Below are positions 23,266 through 24,000 of a stretch of DNA of 24,000 nt, piece by piece (position 1 is the first letter of the stretch; each line of letters starts with the position of its first letter). The stretch lies in the NCBI RefSeq assembly GCF_004135385.1, contig NZ_CP035493.1, forward strand, positions 2,523,440-2,547,439, in the 5' to 3' direction. The notes below the pieces were generated by a model. It had not been told where the DNA came from, made no database searches, and worked only from the letters and a program-made list of their open reading frames with translations. Source of the stretch: Xylanimonas protaetiae. Its GTDB lineage: Bacteria; Actinomycetota; Actinomycetes; Actinomycetales; Cellulomonadaceae. The position numbers were made by a program, and so were the translations under genes.

Positions 23266-23751
23266 ATGTACTGCCCGTTCTGCCGTCACCCTGACTCGCG
23301 GGTGGTCGACTCCCGCACGGCCGACGACGGCTCGTCGATCCGCCGACGCCGCCAGTGCCCGTCCTGCGGGCGCCGGTTCACCACGCTCGAGACAGCGACG
23401 CTCTCGGTGGTCAAGCGCTCCGGGTCCACGGAGCCGTTCTCACGCGACAAGATCGTCGCGGGCGTCCGCAAGGCGTGCCAAGGGCGGCCCGTCAGCGAGG
23501 ACGACCTCGCGATCCTGGCGCAGAAGGTCGAGGAGACGCTCCGCCAGCAGGGGAGCGCCGAGATCGACGCCTACGAGATCGGGCTGGCGATCCTCGGCCC
23601 GCTCCGCGATCTCGACGAGGTCGCGTACCTGCGCTTCGCGAGCGTCTACCAGGCGTTCGAGTCGCTGGAGGACTTCGAGTCCGCCATCACGTCGCTGCGG
23701 GCCGAGCACGCCGGCCGGGTGCCGGACGACGCAGAGAGCGCGCAGGAGTAG
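23266..23751 (+). CDS. nrdR: Ribonucleotide reductase transcriptional repressor NrdR
   Basis: In-frame ATG 23266 of track ORF 23083..23751. [42 protein letters not shown] (Zn ribbon CxxC...CxxC) followed by an ATP-cone ([22 protein letters not shown]...[12 protein letters not shown]). Confidence 0.96.
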   Translation: MYCPFCRHPDSRVVDSRTADDGSSIRRRRQCPSCGRRFTTLETATLSVVKRSGSTEPFSRDKIVAGVRKACQGRPVSEDDLAILAQKVEETLRQQGSAEIDAYEIGLAILGPLRDLDEVAYLRFASVYQAFESLEDFESAITSLRAEHAGRVPDDAESAQE

Positions 23752-23786
23752 GGCCCGCACGAGTAGGACCCGCACGAGTAGGACAC
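23746..23786. repeat. 15-nt tandem repeat x2.7 starting on the nrdR stop, giving three in-frame TAG codons
   Basis: GAGTAGGGCCCGCAC (23746..23760), GAGTAGGACCCGCAC (23761..23775), GAGTAGGACAC (23776..23786). TAG at 23749, 23764 and 23779, all in the nrdR frame. Confidence 0.88.
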
Positions 23787-23812
23787 AAGGCGCGTGCAGG
23801 GCCGACGGCCGC

Positions 23813-23868
23813 GACATGACACGAGCCCCGCTGCACCGAGATCGGTGCAGCGGGGCTCGTGTCATGTC
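23813..23868. terminator. Perfect 27-bp inverted repeat, a bidirectional terminator candidate between nrdR and a convergent gene
   Basis: GACATGACACGAGCCCCGCTGCACCGA ga TCGGTGCAGCGGGGCTCGTGTCATGTC (arms 23813..23839 and 23842..23868). Confidence 0.72.
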
Positions 23869-23872
23869 GGGG

Positions 23873-24000
23873 TCAGGCGCCGGCGGCCGGCCCCGGGGGG
23901 AACTCGGGACGGTCGAACGCGTCGTGGATGCGCAGGCGCACCGTCGTCGCCATCTCCATGAGCTTGGCCGACGAGCCGCGCTGGGTGACGTCCGAGATGT
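23873..24000 (-). CDS. 3' end (42 codons) of an unidentified convergent gene
   Basis: My own minus-strand translation ends ...ISDVTQRGSSAKLMEMATTVRLRIHDAFDRPEFPPGPAAGA followed by the stop (tca 23873..23875). Third-position GC is near-saturated. Family not recognisable from 42 residues. Confidence 0.5.
   Translation of the reverse strand, partial: ISDVTQRGSSAKLMEMATTVRLRIHDAFDRPEFPPGPAAGA

Noticed and set aside
1-24000. Search for rRNA/tRNA genes, transposases, integrases, toxin-antitoxin pairs, restriction-modification or other defence modules, and riboswitch-like leaders
   Set aside because: None recognised. Every sizeable gap is either a convergent terminator region or a divergent promoter region, and every supported CDS belongs to a housekeeping or repair family or is a small conserved-looking membrane or hypothetical protein. 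No GGTTCGAATCC-type T-loop was seen outside the LexA-box region.

Overview
Very GC-rich (by eye above 70 percent, not computed) actinobacterial core chromosome. Gene order matches the recA-to-nrdR neighbourhood known from Mycobacterium and Corynebacterium: lhr (partial) | DUF3046-recA-recX | gluABCD (minus strand) | miaB | two YbjN-like paralogues | hypothetical | CDP-alcohol phosphatidyltransferase plus small membrane protein | miaA-dapF | membrane protein | RsmC-like methyltransferase | hflX | DinG-like helicase | ldh | lexA | LysM/ChiZ-like | nrdR | partial unknown CDS. I support 24 CDS. Most very long ORFs in the track (30..3335, 6080..10069, 16781..20404 and others) are high-GC shadow ORFs, or carry only a short real gene at one end. 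I see no rRNA, tRNA, CRISPR, transposase, integrase, prophage or recognisable defence island, so I cannot honestly name a new multi-gene system here. What merits a second look is regulatory and microstructural. (1) Four copies of the mycobacterial PafBC/RecA-NDp promoter motif (TGTCGGnG-N8-nAnnnT) sit in front of lhr, recA, the DinG-like helicase and the LysM gene, two of them fused to leaderless GTG starts, alongside LexA boxes at recA and a triple LexA box at lexA. (2) Short tandem duplications (13-24 nt) recur at gene 3' ends, and four of them contain the stop codon itself. (3) A leaderless-type promoter and a coding-like frame upstream of the first YbjN-like gene join its frame only through a -1 shift at CCCGGGA. 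(4) About nine genes have a TAnnnT-N6/7-start leaderless layout. (5) Two long terminator palindromes share a core. All coordinates were hand-counted.
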